Below, in pieces: positions 25,854-35,338 of a stretch of 50,972 nucleotides of DNA. The notes beneath the pieces are model-generated. The model was not told the origin of the DNA and made no database searches. It worked only from the letters and a program-made list of their open reading frames with translations. The stretch comes from a virus (taxonomy: Duplodnaviria > Caudoviricetes), in the IMG/VR virus record IMGVR_UViG_3300030372_003123, positions 1-50,972 of that record. One strand, 5' to 3'. The position numbers were made by a program, and so were the translations under genes. Position 1 is the first letter of the stretch, and each line of letters opens with the position of its first letter.

Positions 25854-27719
25854 ATGAAAGACACTAATAGAAACATACTTTCTGATATTACTGTTCATAT
25901 GAAATATGCTAGATACATGCCTGAGTTAAATCGTAGAGAAACTTGGGAAGAGCTAGTTACAAGAAATATGGAGATGCATATCAAGAATTACCCAAAATTA
26001 AAAAGCGAAATATTAAATGCTTATACTTATGTATTTGATAAAAAGATTTTACCATCAATGAGAAGTTTACAATTTGCTGGTAAACCTATTCAAGTAAGTC
26101 CAAATAGATTATATAACTGTTCGTATTTACCCGTAGATGATATTGAAGCTTTTAACGAAATAATGTTTCTATTACTTTCAGGATGTGGAGTCGGTTATTC
26201 GGTTCAACAGCACCACATTAAAGACTTACCTGTAATAACAAAACCTTATATGAAAAGATCTAAAAGGTTTGTTATAGGTGATTCTATAGAAGGTTGGTCT
26301 GATGCGGTTAAAGTATTAATTAAATCTTATCTTGGTGGTAAAAAAGCTTCTAAGATAAACTTTGATTACACTTGTATCAGACCAAAAGGTGCTAGGTTAG
26401 TGACATCAGGTGGTAAAGCGCCTGGTCCACAGCCATTAAAAGAATGTTTAATCAAGGTTGAAGGAATACTTCAATCAAAAGAAGACGGTGATGCTTTAAC
26501 TTCGCTTGAGGTACACGATATTATTTGTCATATAGCCGATGCTGTATTAGCTGGTGGTATTAGACGAGCTGCATTAATCAGTTTGTTTACTGCTACTGAT
26601 AACGAAATGATATCTTGTAAATCAGGAGCTTGGTGGGAAACTAACCCACAAAGAGGTAGATCTAATAATTCAGCTGTTCTAATGAGACATAAAGTAACTA
26701 AAGAGTTTTTTATGGATTTATGGAAAAGAGTTGAGTTATCTGGAGCTGGAGAGCCTGGCATATATCTAAACAATGACAAAGATTGGGGAACTAATCCGTG
26801 TTGTGAGATAGCGCTTAGGCCATTTCAGTTTTGTAATCTATGTGAAGTAAACGTTTCTGATATTGAAAGCCAAGAGGATTTTAATAACAGAGTCAAAGCT
26901 GCTGCTTTTATTGGAACAATTCAAGCTGCATATACCGACTTCCATTATCTTAGAGAAATATGGAAAGAGACAACAGAGAAAGACGCTCTTATAGGTGTGT
27001 CAATGACAGGAATAGGGAGTGCCGCTGTGCTCCAAATGGATATGAAGGAAGCTGCAAATATCGTAACAAAAGAAAATTCAAGAATATCCAAATTGATAGG
27101 AATAAAGACATCAGCTAGATGTACAACCGTAAAACCTGCAGGGACAACATCTCTGGTCCTCGGAACATCTTCGGGTATTCATGCTTGGCATAACGATTAT
27201 TATGTCCGTAGAATGCGCGTAGGAAAGAATGAGGCTATCTATAAATATTTGTTTAAGTCACATCCTGAATTAATTGAAGATGAATACTTCAGACCACACG
27301 ATACGGCTGTTATTTCTGTACCGCAGAAAGCTCCAGCTAAATCAATACTTAGAACTGAATCACCGTTTGATACTCTTGAAAGAGTAAAACGTGTAGCACA
27401 AGAGTGGATCAAACCTGGTCATAGACGAGGCAGTAATACACACAATGTATCAGCTACAATATCTTTAAAAGAAGATGAATGGGAGAAAGCAGGTGAGTGG
27501 ATGTGGAGTAATAGAGAGTATTACAATGGGTTATCAGTATTACCATACGATGGTGGTACGTATACACAGGCTCCGTTTGAGGACATTGACGAGTCTAAAT
27601 ATAAAGAAATGTCCAAAGTATTATCTGATGTCGATTTAACGAAAGTAACAGAGACAGATGATAACACAGATCTATCAGGCGAGTTAGCTTGTGCTGGTGG
27701 TAACTGTGAAGTTGTTTAA
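25854..27719 (+). CDS. nrdJ: class II (adenosylcobalamin-dependent) ribonucleotide reductase
   Basis: PSMRSL, YNC, TNPCCEI, FCNLCE, TTVKPAGT and C-terminal CAGGNCE. No beta subunit gene. Confidence 0.9.
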   Translation: MKDTNRNILSDITVHMKYARYMPELNRRETWEELVTRNMEMHIKNYPKLKSEILNAYTYVFDKKILPSMRSLQFAGKPIQVSPNRLYNCSYLPVDDIEAFNEIMFLLLSGCGVGYSVQQHHIKDLPVITKPYMKRSKRFVIGDSIEGWSDAVKVLIKSYLGGKKASKINFDYTCIRPKGARLVTSGGKAPGPQPLKECLIKVEGILQSKEDGDALTSLEVHDIICHIADAVLAGGIRRAALISLFTATDNEMISCKSGAWWETNPQRGRSNNSAVLMRHKVTKEFFMDLWKRVELSGAGEPGIYLNNDKDWGTNPCCEIALRPFQFCNLCEVNVSDIESQEDFNNRVKAAAFIGTIQAAYTDFHYLREIWKETTEKDALIGVSMTGIGSAAVLQMDMKEAANIVTKENSRISKLIGIKTSARCTTVKPAGTTSLVLGTSSGIHAWHNDYYVRRMRVGKNEAIYKYLFKSHPELIEDEYFRPHDTAVISVPQKAPAKSILRTESPFDTLERVKRVAQEWIKPGHRRGSNTHNVSATISLKEDEWEKAGEWMWSNREYYNGLSVLPYDGGTYTQAPFEDIDESKYKEMSKVLSDVDLTKVTETDDNTDLSGELACAGGNCEVV

Positions 27720-27737
27720 TTAAATAAAATATAAAAT

Positions 27738-27920
27738 ATGAATTTAGAAGAATTATTAGATGAAATGCAAGATGAAATGCACAGCGCTCATGAAGAGATC
27801 GAAAAGTTTATGGGTGGTAATAAATCCGCTGGAACTAGGGTCAGGAAGAGTATGCAATTAATAAAATCAATAGCGCAAGATGTCAGGGTCCAGGTTCAAG
27901 AAACCAAAAATAATATGTAA
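27738..27920 (+). CDS. histone H1-like (Hc1) nucleoid protein
   Basis: EKF..GNKSAGTRVRK.MQ.IK..AQ.VR. Confidence 0.75.
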   Translation: MNLEELLDEMQDEMHSAHEEIEKFMGGNKSAGTRVRKSMQLIKSIAQDVRVQVQETKNNM

Positions 27921-27954
27921 AAATAAAGGGAGCTTAATTGCTCCCTTTTTTTTT
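27921..27954. terminator. bidirectional intrinsic terminator
   Basis: AAAGGGAGC-TTAATT-GCTCCCTTT with a T-run and an A-rich 5' flank, between convergent arms. Confidence 0.9.
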
Positions 27955-27966
27955 ATCTTGTCATAA

Positions 27967-28566
27967 TTATGCTGTATCATCATCAGGGTCACCCGTTACT
28001 GATAATTGTGGATTTTCTTTAATATCTTCATCTTTTATATATTCATTTCCTTTATATACTTTATATGTGCCACCTATAATTTTTACTGGTTTAGTTATTT
28101 TGCCGATTATAGCCTCTTTTGTTTTCTTTTTAGCCTCTTCGTTTTCACCCCTAGCTTTAGATATTGCCGCGTCACCTAAACCAATAACAGGATTTATTAT
28201 TCCAGGTAACTCCATATGCTTTTGTGTATGATCTAATACAGTGTCTTTGCCTTCTTGAAAAGTTTTTTCACCTTTTATTACTTTTTTTGTTTCACTTCCT
28301 AAAAGCTTAAGGTCATCAATTTGATTTTGAATCATGCCGATAGGTGTTCCTGATTTTAGCAATCTTGCAAACTGTTCTTGTTTTTCAGGTGGTAAATTTT
28401 CCCAACCTGAAATGTCTTTTATTTTTTGTTTACCTTCTTGAAATTTTCTTTTTCCCCACTCTAACCAACTTTCGTTATTGTTATGCAAAGGCGATATAGT
28501 TTGATGTTTTGGAAAACCTTTCATTTTATAAGACAATCCACTTCTATTGTTTTTAGTTCTCGCCAT
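27967..28566 (-). CDS. leader-bearing hypothetical protein
   Basis: MARTK...SYKMKGFPKHQTISPLH. Confidence 0.7.
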   Translation of the reverse strand: MARTKNNRSGLSYKMKGFPKHQTISPLHNNNESWLEWGKRKFQEGKQKIKDISGWENLPPEKQEQFARLLKSGTPIGMIQNQIDDLKLLGSETKKVIKGEKTFQEGKDTVLDHTQKHMELPGIINPVIGLGDAAISKARGENEEAKKKTKEAIIGKITKPVKIIGGTYKVYKGNEYIKDEDIKENPQLSVTGDPDDDTA

Positions 28567-28568
28567 GA

Positions 28569-28856
28569 TTAATCTACTTCATCAGCGTTTTCAGTGTTTT
28601 CTGCGTATTGTTTTACTAAACTTTTAACATCTGACATATTAAAATCGTCTTCTTGAGATCGATCTGATTCATCTTTAATAATTTTATTTATAATATTTAC
28701 TGAAAGACCAGAAGAGTTAGAAAGTTTTTTAATATTAGTTGCGTTAACAGCTTCGTCTTCCTTTGCCATTGCATTCTCCACGTCAGTAGAAACGCCAGCC
28801 TTTCCTTGCATAGTTTGTTTTGTAAACGCGGACCATCCGCCCATTTTAAATCCCAT
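28569..28856 (-). CDS. leader-bearing hypothetical protein
   Basis: MGFKMGGWSAFTKQT. Confidence 0.75.
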   Translation of the reverse strand: MGFKMGGWSAFTKQTMQGKAGVSTDVENAMAKEDEAVNATNIKKLSNSSGLSVNIINKIIKDESDRSQEDDFNMSDVKSLVKQYAENTENADEVD

Positions 28857-28874
28857 AATATTATTGTTTAATTG

Positions 28875-30488
28875 TTATAAAAATTTTTTGTATTGTTGTT
28901 TTATTGCTAAACCTTTAGCTCTACTTTTATTGTTATTCCATTCTTCGTGGTTTTTAGAACCAAACTTAAATGGATTCCTATCAGCGTTCATTAAAGTTTC
29001 ATTGGCCATATTTTCCATCTTTTTATTATTCCACTTTGGATAAGCTGAATCATATTCTTCTTTTTTAGCAAACATAGCAGCTCTTTTAGCTGCTTTTTCC
29101 TCCCACTTATCAACAGTCCCGTCTTTATTAGTATCTCTTGGATCAAACTCTTCTTCCTTAGTTTCAGTTTCTTCAAGTTCATTTTCATCTCCACCACTAC
29201 CAATAGCAACGCTATTCCCCTTATTTGTTACTACTTCTTCATTTCCTTCTTCCTCTCCTTCTTCTTCTCCTTCGTTTTGATTCATGCTTGCTATATCTTT
29301 GTCCATCATAGCGGTGAAATCATCAGTGTGTTCTGTATCATCTTCATCTGCGCTTAAATCTAAACCAGGTGAATCGTCCCATAAAAACCTATCAGAACCA
29401 ACTTCGTTATTATTTTCAAACTTATCAAGTAATTGACCACCCATTTTTGACTGTCTGGTATCATTAGAAAATGAAATTGTTTTACCTTCAGTGCTAGGTG
29501 CCGTTATGTTTAACTCTGCGTAAGCTTGATCAATAGACATTCCAGAGTCTAACAAATCTTGTAATTTATCTGCTTGTTTATTACTTTTTCTTGTACCACC
29601 CGCGGTATGCTGTTGGTATGGCATTACGTAATCGTGAATAAATTGATTAAATTCTGATATATCATATTGGGGCCCTCTAGACGCAAGCCAAGATAAATCA
29701 CTTGTTGGAATATCTTTACCTTCTTTTATGGCTTTTTTAATTTTATTCATTCGCTTATTACCTATTTTTTTGACATTTTCTAATTGTAAATTTTCTTTAT
29801 TTATTTCTACGTTTGCTTGAAAAGTTGGATTAGGAGCATATTCACTTACGTCAAGGTTAACTACTTCTCTTCCTTCTGCTGGAATAGGATTACCATCCGC
29901 GTCTACGTCCGCAACATTAAATTCGCCGCCACGTATACCATAATCAAATAATTGATCTTCATTAAACCCGTAGCCTTGCTCAGCAGATAATCTTAAATCA
30001 TTATCTATATTTCTGGATTCATCTATTTTTTGATTAAATAATCTTCTAGCATCAAACTTTTTTGGTTTTTGACCAGGCTTCCAGTTAATATCAAGTAAGC
30101 CATCTTTTTTTAATTGCGGAGCATTCTTTTTTAACCAATCTTTATAATCTGAATTTTTAAGCTTAGCACCTTGAGGCAAAATTTGAACTTTGTAAGGATC
30201 GTTTTTGTATTCTTCTAATCTATTAGTTAAATCCTCAAACATCATTTCGTTTGCTTCAGAAGCCTTTTCTTTATTTTTTAAATCTTCATATGTTTCGCCT
30301 TCAACAGTAGCGCCAGCTTGTCCTGTACCATCACCAGGAGGAGGATAGCCGTATTTTTTTGTATGCCAATCTATATATTCTTGTGCGTTTGGATCATCTC
30401 TAGTATTAGGATTTAGTGTTACCTGCGAGAATCCTTTAGCGGACCCAGTTCCTTTGCCAAAATTCATACCGTTTAATTTAAAACCCAT
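28875..30488 (-). CDS. leader-bearing hydrophilic protein with acidic tract and EF-hand-like loop
   Basis: MGFKLNG start and DTNKDGTVDKWE. Confidence 0.7.
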   Translation of the reverse strand: MGFKLNGMNFGKGTGSAKGFSQVTLNPNTRDDPNAQEYIDWHTKKYGYPPPGDGTGQAGATVEGETYEDLKNKEKASEANEMMFEDLTNRLEEYKNDPYKVQILPQGAKLKNSDYKDWLKKNAPQLKKDGLLDINWKPGQKPKKFDARRLFNQKIDESRNIDNDLRLSAEQGYGFNEDQLFDYGIRGGEFNVADVDADGNPIPAEGREVVNLDVSEYAPNPTFQANVEINKENLQLENVKKIGNKRMNKIKKAIKEGKDIPTSDLSWLASRGPQYDISEFNQFIHDYVMPYQQHTAGGTRKSNKQADKLQDLLDSGMSIDQAYAELNITAPSTEGKTISFSNDTRQSKMGGQLLDKFENNNEVGSDRFLWDDSPGLDLSADEDDTEHTDDFTAMMDKDIASMNQNEGEEEGEEEGNEEVVTNKGNSVAIGSGGDENELEETETKEEEFDPRDTNKDGTVDKWEEKAAKRAAMFAKKEEYDSAYPKWNNKKMENMANETLMNADRNPFKFGSKNHEEWNNNKSRAKGLAIKQQYKKFL

Positions 30489-30489
30489 A

Positions 30490-30897
30490 TTATTGAAATT
30501 TATTAAGTGTTATTGTATCAACTGAATGTTGCACTTCTTTTTTGCTTGCTTCTAATTTAAACATTACATTAGGATTAAAGCGGGTCCTTTCAACACCGTT
30601 ATCAAATATAATAACAGTTGGTATAGCTGTAACATTATAATCATTTTGAACGTCCATAGATGACATAATATCGATTCGATATGTATTACAATCATTTAAT
30701 TTATTTAATTCATTAAATTGATTCATTTTGTTCCACTCAGCCCAAAATTCAACAACAACAACATCTTTAGCTATTTTATTTTTAAAATTATTTGTATTAA
30801 TAAAATCTTGAGACATCCCAAGTGATGTTCCTAAAAAATATATTATTATTAAAATAGCAATATACATAAAAGTAGAAATATCTATTTGTTTTTTCAT
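30490..30897 (-). CDS. exported thioredoxin-fold protein lacking CxxC
   Basis: N-terminal TM/signal, VVVEFWAEWNKMN and YNVTAIPTVIIFDNG. Confidence 0.75.
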   Translation of the reverse strand: MKKQIDISTFMYIAILIIIYFLGTSLGMSQDFINTNNFKNKIAKDVVVVEFWAEWNKMNQFNELNKLNDCNTYRIDIMSSMDVQNDYNVTAIPTVIIFDNGVERTRFNPNVMFKLEASKKEVQHSVDTITLNKFQ

Positions 30898-31238
30898 TGT
30901 CTTAATAATTTTATTTCCTCTTTCATTTCGTCCATCTCCTTTACTAACCCATCAATTTGATTACGAGCCATTTGATCTTTCATATTAAACTCCATACGAG
31001 TTGGTGGCCATGTATTACTAGCAGCAGGATCACCCATATCTATAGTATACGTACCAGTTCCAGGTTTAGGTAACTCTAAAGCTTTTTCTACTTTACTTTC
31101 TAATTCTGCAAACTTAGAATTAATACTAGCCATTAAACCAAAATAAGCAGATATAACTGTAGCAACCGCCACAACTATACTGATTAATGTTTTAACGCTA
31201 ATTTGAAACTTACTTTCTTCTGAAAGTTCTTTAGCCAT
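30894..31238 (-). CDS. single-TM coiled-coil protein
   Basis: TM segment LISIVVAVATVISAYFGL and C-terminal heptads. Confidence 0.65.
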   Translation of the reverse strand: MAKELSEESKFQISVKTLISIVVAVATVISAYFGLMASINSKFAELESKVEKALELPKPGTGTYTIDMGDPAASNTWPPTRMEFNMKDQMARNQIDGLVKEMDEMKEEIKLLRQ

Positions 31239-31240
31239 AA

Positions 31241-31399
31241 TTATTTAGTTTTTACGTTTCCACCGTCACTAAAATTATATGCTGGTGGTTTGTTTTCTAT
31301 TTTAGGTTCTGTATTGTTTACTTTAGACTTATTGCCTCTCATGTAGTCAATGCATCTTAGTATTCCAGGTAACGCCTGGTCTCTGTATCCTTTTGCCAT
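31241..31399 (-). CDS. small hypothetical protein (52 aa)
   Basis: Manual translation MAKGYRDQALPGILRC...FSDGGNVKTK. Fills the gap. Confidence 0.5.
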   Translation of the reverse strand: MAKGYRDQALPGILRCIDYMRGNKSKVNNTEPKIENKPPAYNFSDGGNVKTK

Positions 31400-31417
31400 A
31401 ATTTATTTATTTAATAT

Positions 31418-32059
31418 TTATATATATCCACCAAGGAATCTTTTAGCTTTTCTATCAGGTCCTTTACGTCTTTCTTTGTAAACTTCTCCGGATCCAAAAT
31501 CTGTATAAAACTTGCTTCCTCGCCCTCGGTCTGCTTTTCTAGCAGCTCTTCTAGCGCGTCTAGCTTCTTGCCTTTCTGTTCTATTTTCTATTCTATCCAT
31601 TTTTCTTTTTTGTCTAGCGTCTCTTCTACTTTGTCTACGACCTTGTCTTTCTGCTTGTCTATCACGTCTAGCTGCTTGACGATATTCTCTTCTAGCGTTT
31701 TTACGCGCCCATCTAGCGTCAATATCACTAGTATCAATTTCTGTAGGAGTGCTAGTAGTAGTAGTTTTAGGTCTATTAGAACTTGCGCTAGGAAAATCTT
31801 CTGTTTCTACAAAAGGCTGTACATTAGGCTGGTTAACAACACTATCAGGATTATTTAACAACTCACCTGGGCTTGTAGTTTCTGTAGTATTTTCTTCGTA
31901 ATCTTTACTACTTACTCTAAACTCTGGTCTATTAGGATCATTCCAATCCATTTCTGTTTGAGGAGTATATTGGTCCATTTTTCTCTGCGATTGAGGAATA
32001 TACTCCTTTAAATGAGAAACTGTTGCGTGCTTAGGAAAGCCTTTTCTTTTAAATGCCAT
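31418..32059 (-). CDS. leader-bearing protein with Arg-rich helix
   Basis: MAFKRKGFPKHATVSHL and an R-rich C-terminal half. Confidence 0.7.
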   Translation of the reverse strand: MAFKRKGFPKHATVSHLKEYIPQSQRKMDQYTPQTEMDWNDPNRPEFRVSSKDYEENTTETTSPGELLNNPDSVVNQPNVQPFVETEDFPSASSNRPKTTTTSTPTEIDTSDIDARWARKNARREYRQAARRDRQAERQGRRQSRRDARQKRKMDRIENRTERQEARRARRAARKADRGRGSKFYTDFGSGEVYKERRKGPDRKAKRFLGGYI

Positions 32060-32080
32060 GATATTATTATTTATTTATTT

Positions 32081-32344
32081 TTAATCGTCTTCTCTATATT
32101 TATCTTCAGGTAAATGAGTTGTAAATTTTTTTTCTGATGGTGGATTAAATGAAGATTTTTCAAGACTTGCCATTGCCGCATCATATTCAGCCTTACTCAT
32201 TTTTCCACTTTTTAGCGCAGCATTAAGTTGTTTGCTGGCGCTAGTAAAGTTATCTGTAAAAGAAGATTTAGAATATGGAGAAGCCATTTCGCTTTCAGTA
32301 AACTTCTTTTTATAGTATGCTGTGTTTTTCATTTTAAATGCCAT
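32081..32344 (-). CDS. leader-bearing hypothetical protein
   Basis: MAFKMKN...ASPYSK. Confidence 0.7.
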   Translation of the reverse strand: MAFKMKNTAYYKKKFTESEMASPYSKSSFTDNFTSASKQLNAALKSGKMSKAEYDAAMASLEKSSFNPPSEKKFTTHLPEDKYREDD

Positions 32345-32346
32345 AA

Positions 32347-33108
32347 TTATTTTATTTTAAATTTTACTTTTCCGTTTTGTATATATAAACCATTAGGTTC
32401 TCTAATCGCTTGCCCATTAATATTATATATTACACTATTTTCACTAGATTTATTTAGCAATTCAGGTATATTAGAAGTACAAGGTAGTCCAGTATCACAA
32501 TCAATGTACTCTGTAATAATAACATCAACATATTCTATTACTGTATCTATAGTAAAAAACTCTACATATTCTGTTTCTATTATAGTATCAAATACCACAA
32601 CCTCAACCTCTTCAATTACGTCGATGTATAATGTATCTAATACATCTTCGTATATAGTAACTGTATCAGTTACATATATAAACTCAGGCACAAACGTTTC
32701 TATAAATACAGAATCAATTACAATTTGAGTTATATATTCTGTTTCTACAATTGTATCTAATTGTATAATTGTTTCATAGATATAGAAAGGAACTCCTAAT
32801 GTATCTATTACAGGAATGTCTATATATACAGTATCACAAGGTGGTGGTGGTGGAGGGGCGCAATCACCAGGTGTAGTTGGTTCAGCTCCGTTTTCATCAG
32901 TAGCGTCAACGCAATCTTCCCACCCATCATTTAACCAATTGTTTGGAACGCATCCATTTGGAGAATATTGTGTCCAGTTTGCTGGATCATCTCCGCAATA
33001 ATAACCATTAGCTGCAGCGCAGTCTAAACATAATTGTTGAAAGTCGTATTCTTGCGCATTAACGAACGAGCTAATAAACGCAAATAAAATTATAATATAT
33101 TTCTTCAT
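32347..33108 (-). CDS. secreted protein with LDLa-like Cys domain, DT repeats and T9SS-like C-terminal domain
   Basis: Signal peptide ending VNA-Q, CVPNNWLNDGWEDCVDATDE and IYNINGQ...GLYIQNGK. Confidence 0.65.
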   Translation of the reverse strand: MKKYIIILFAFISSFVNAQEYDFQQLCLDCAAANGYYCGDDPANWTQYSPNGCVPNNWLNDGWEDCVDATDENGAEPTTPGDCAPPPPPPCDTVYIDIPVIDTLGVPFYIYETIIQLDTIVETEYITQIVIDSVFIETFVPEFIYVTDTVTIYEDVLDTLYIDVIEEVEVVVFDTIIETEYVEFFTIDTVIEYVDVIITEYIDCDTGLPCTSNIPELLNKSSENSVIYNINGQAIREPNGLYIQNGKVKFKIK

Positions 33109-33110
33109 AG

Positions 33111-33413
33111 CTATTTGTTTTTATGTAATTTATCGTATATTTCTTTACCTTTTTTATCTAAATCACTTCTTTTAACTGGCTCTTCTCTTTGTGATTTTAA
33201 AAAGTCTTTATCAGCTTCTATATTAGATTTAAATCTATTTATATCTATTTTTGTTTTTTCTATAGACTCTTTTAAAACTTTTTGAGCGTCTTTATTACCA
33301 ATTTTTTTTAATCGCTCTAGTCTAAGGTTAGATAAACTTTTTTTAGCTTCTTTTAATCTTCTTTTATCGTCAGGACTAGTAAACGCAGACCAGCCGCTCA
33401 TTTTAAATGCCAT
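33111..33413 (-). CDS. leader-bearing basic helical protein
   Basis: MAFKMSGWSAFTSP. Confidence 0.75.
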   Translation of the reverse strand: MAFKMSGWSAFTSPDDKRRLKEAKKSLSNLRLERLKKIGNKDAQKVLKESIEKTKIDINRFKSNIEADKDFLKSQREEPVKRSDLDKKGKEIYDKLHKNK

Positions 33414-33415
33414 TA

Positions 33416-33712
33416 TTATTTATTTTTTTTACTTTTTCGTAATTCTCTTAACTTTTGATCTAGCGTAGCTAACGTAGCTCTTTGCTGAGGTTTCATTTTA
33501 CCATCTTGTTGATCTTCAATTTCTTCTTCAATATAAGATATTCTATCTTCTATGTCAGCAATTTTTTCCTCATACACATCTCCTTCGTAGACATGAGTAT
33601 CAGGGTCCTCGCCTTCTTGTATTTTTACATTTTCTACGTCTGACTTTTCCCTAATTATTTTTTTATCACCTGGTTTAGTAAACGCGCTAAACCCCGCCAT
33701 TTTAAATGCCAT
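33416..33712 (-). CDS. leader-bearing helical protein
   Basis: MAFKMAGFSAFTKP. Confidence 0.75.
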   Translation of the reverse strand: MAFKMAGFSAFTKPGDKKIIREKSDVENVKIQEGEDPDTHVYEGDVYEEKIADIEDRISYIEEEIEDQQDGKMKPQQRATLATLDQKLRELRKSKKNK

Positions 33713-33714
33713 AA

Positions 33715-34758
33715 TTAAAATATTAAATAGTTAAACCCAAATTTTACTTCAAAGATTTCTTTGCCCCAGTATCTCATATGGGCACCTTCTACAAATAAAC
33801 CTAAATGCTTAGTTAGTTTTGTTCCTAAAACTAAACCAGCGTCCCACTCTATATTGTCACCATCATATTCATATGAATAATCATCTAAACCATAATGATA
33901 TGGTAGACAGTTGAACCAAGCATGAGCCCAGGCTGTTGGTGTATATTTATAATAAGCTAAACCTATTACAGCGCTTATTTCTTTTTGCATTCCTAGTTTC
34001 TCTAATTCTCTTTCATTGAATCTAGCTACTGCATCTCCAAAATACCAATTGTAAAATTCATCATTAGATGTTGCTATTAAAATAGAATCACCATCAGAAA
34101 CATCGTACCAATTTTGATCTACATAAAAACCTTGAACCCATTGCTCTGAAGCATATCCAAAGTCTTCTGCTAATTCTTGAAATGTACTTTCACCTGGTAC
34201 CCAAAAATCTTCAATAGGATTTATACCATATGCTGGATGTATTCTAAATACAGTTCCAACAGTAAAATCCCAATTACCTTTATTTAATCTAAATCTATAA
34301 TCAAGAGAAGAGTATTTTAAATCTACCCTTTGATTATCCGTGTATTGAACTTTTGCGACAAATTTGTTACCAAGGTATCTAAGCCAAAAATTTTGTTCAG
34401 TAAACTTATCACCACGATTACGTATAAAAGAATAATTAAAAAGATACTCCCAACCATTAGCGTTCCCAATAGTAACGTTATCTGCAATATTGTCTTCAGT
34501 CCCGTAATAAAATGTTTTAACCTTATACTCATAATCCATTCGTGCTATTTTCCGTAGGCCTATTGTTAAATTGTAATCATAAGGTGAGACCCACGTAACG
34601 TCCTCATAACCTTTGTCAACCGCTATATAATCCTCTGTTTCTATCATTGACGTATTCATTATCATCGATGTATAAATTGTAGAGTACTTAAAGAAGTCTT
34701 TAAACTGTGCTGTACATACTGTACTGACAAGCACAAATAATAATAATAAATTTTTCAT
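33715..34758 (-). CDS. putative outer-membrane beta-barrel protein
   Basis: Signal peptide ending CTA-Q, aromatic alternating strands and C-terminal VKFGFNYLIF. Confidence 0.65.
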   Translation of the reverse strand: MKNLLLLFVLVSTVCTAQFKDFFKYSTIYTSMIMNTSMIETEDYIAVDKGYEDVTWVSPYDYNLTIGLRKIARMDYEYKVKTFYYGTEDNIADNVTIGNANGWEYLFNYSFIRNRGDKFTEQNFWLRYLGNKFVAKVQYTDNQRVDLKYSSLDYRFRLNKGNWDFTVGTVFRIHPAYGINPIEDFWVPGESTFQELAEDFGYASEQWVQGFYVDQNWYDVSDGDSILIATSNDEFYNWYFGDAVARFNERELEKLGMQKEISAVIGLAYYKYTPTAWAHAWFNCLPYHYGLDDYSYEYDGDNIEWDAGLVLGTKLTKHLGLFVEGAHMRYWGKEIFEVKFGFNYLIF

Positions 34759-35063
34759 GTTTTTAATGTTGCTCTATTAGTTGTTGGATTGTAAGTATAA
34801 TCACTTGGGCTATTGCCAGAACTTTTAGATGCTCTATCTATAGCTCTTTCACTAGCTGTTAATTTATTTCTTGATTGACCTTTATTAGTAAAAGAACCAT
34901 CTAAATTCATATCACCTCTATTAATAAGAATATTTTTAGCTAAATTACTACTACCAACTTGGGCTGATAATCTAGGATACAATTGATTCCTACCCATAAA
35001 AGCTTGTGTTTCAACTTTCTTGAATGGATTTCTAGAACAATGTATCTTAGAAAACTTACCCAT
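34755..35063 (-). CDS. basic hypothetical protein
   Basis: MGKFSK...NPFKK, a variant leader. Confidence 0.65.
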   Translation of the reverse strand: MGKFSKIHCSRNPFKKVETQAFMGRNQLYPRLSAQVGSSNLAKNILINRGDMNLDGSFTNKGQSRNKLTASERAIDRASKSSGNSPSDYTYNPTTNRATLKT

Positions 35064-35336
35064 TTATTCCCCTTCTTTTAGCGGTTCAATTCCGGTTATA
35101 GTAATAGTATCTCCTTTTACTGAAAATGTATAATCATCAGCAGGATTATTTTTAACAATATTTTTTGGATCACTAACTACGGAATTTTTTGGAACACCTG
35201 CAATTTCATAACCCCTGTCAGTAAATGTAACTTTACCATCATCGCCCACATTTACTTCTTCTCTAAGTATTTGTTTTGCTTTATCATCGTCTGTTTGTTT
35301 TGTAAAGGCTGAAAAGCCTGCCATTTTAAATGCCAT
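35064..35336 (-). CDS. leader-bearing hypothetical protein
   Basis: MAFKMAGFSAFTKQT. Confidence 0.75.
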   Translation of the reverse strand: MAFKMAGFSAFTKQTDDDKAKQILREEVNVGDDGKVTFTDRGYEIAGVPKNSVVSDPKNIVKNNPADDYTFSVKGDTITITGIEPLKEGE

Positions 35337-35338
35337 AA

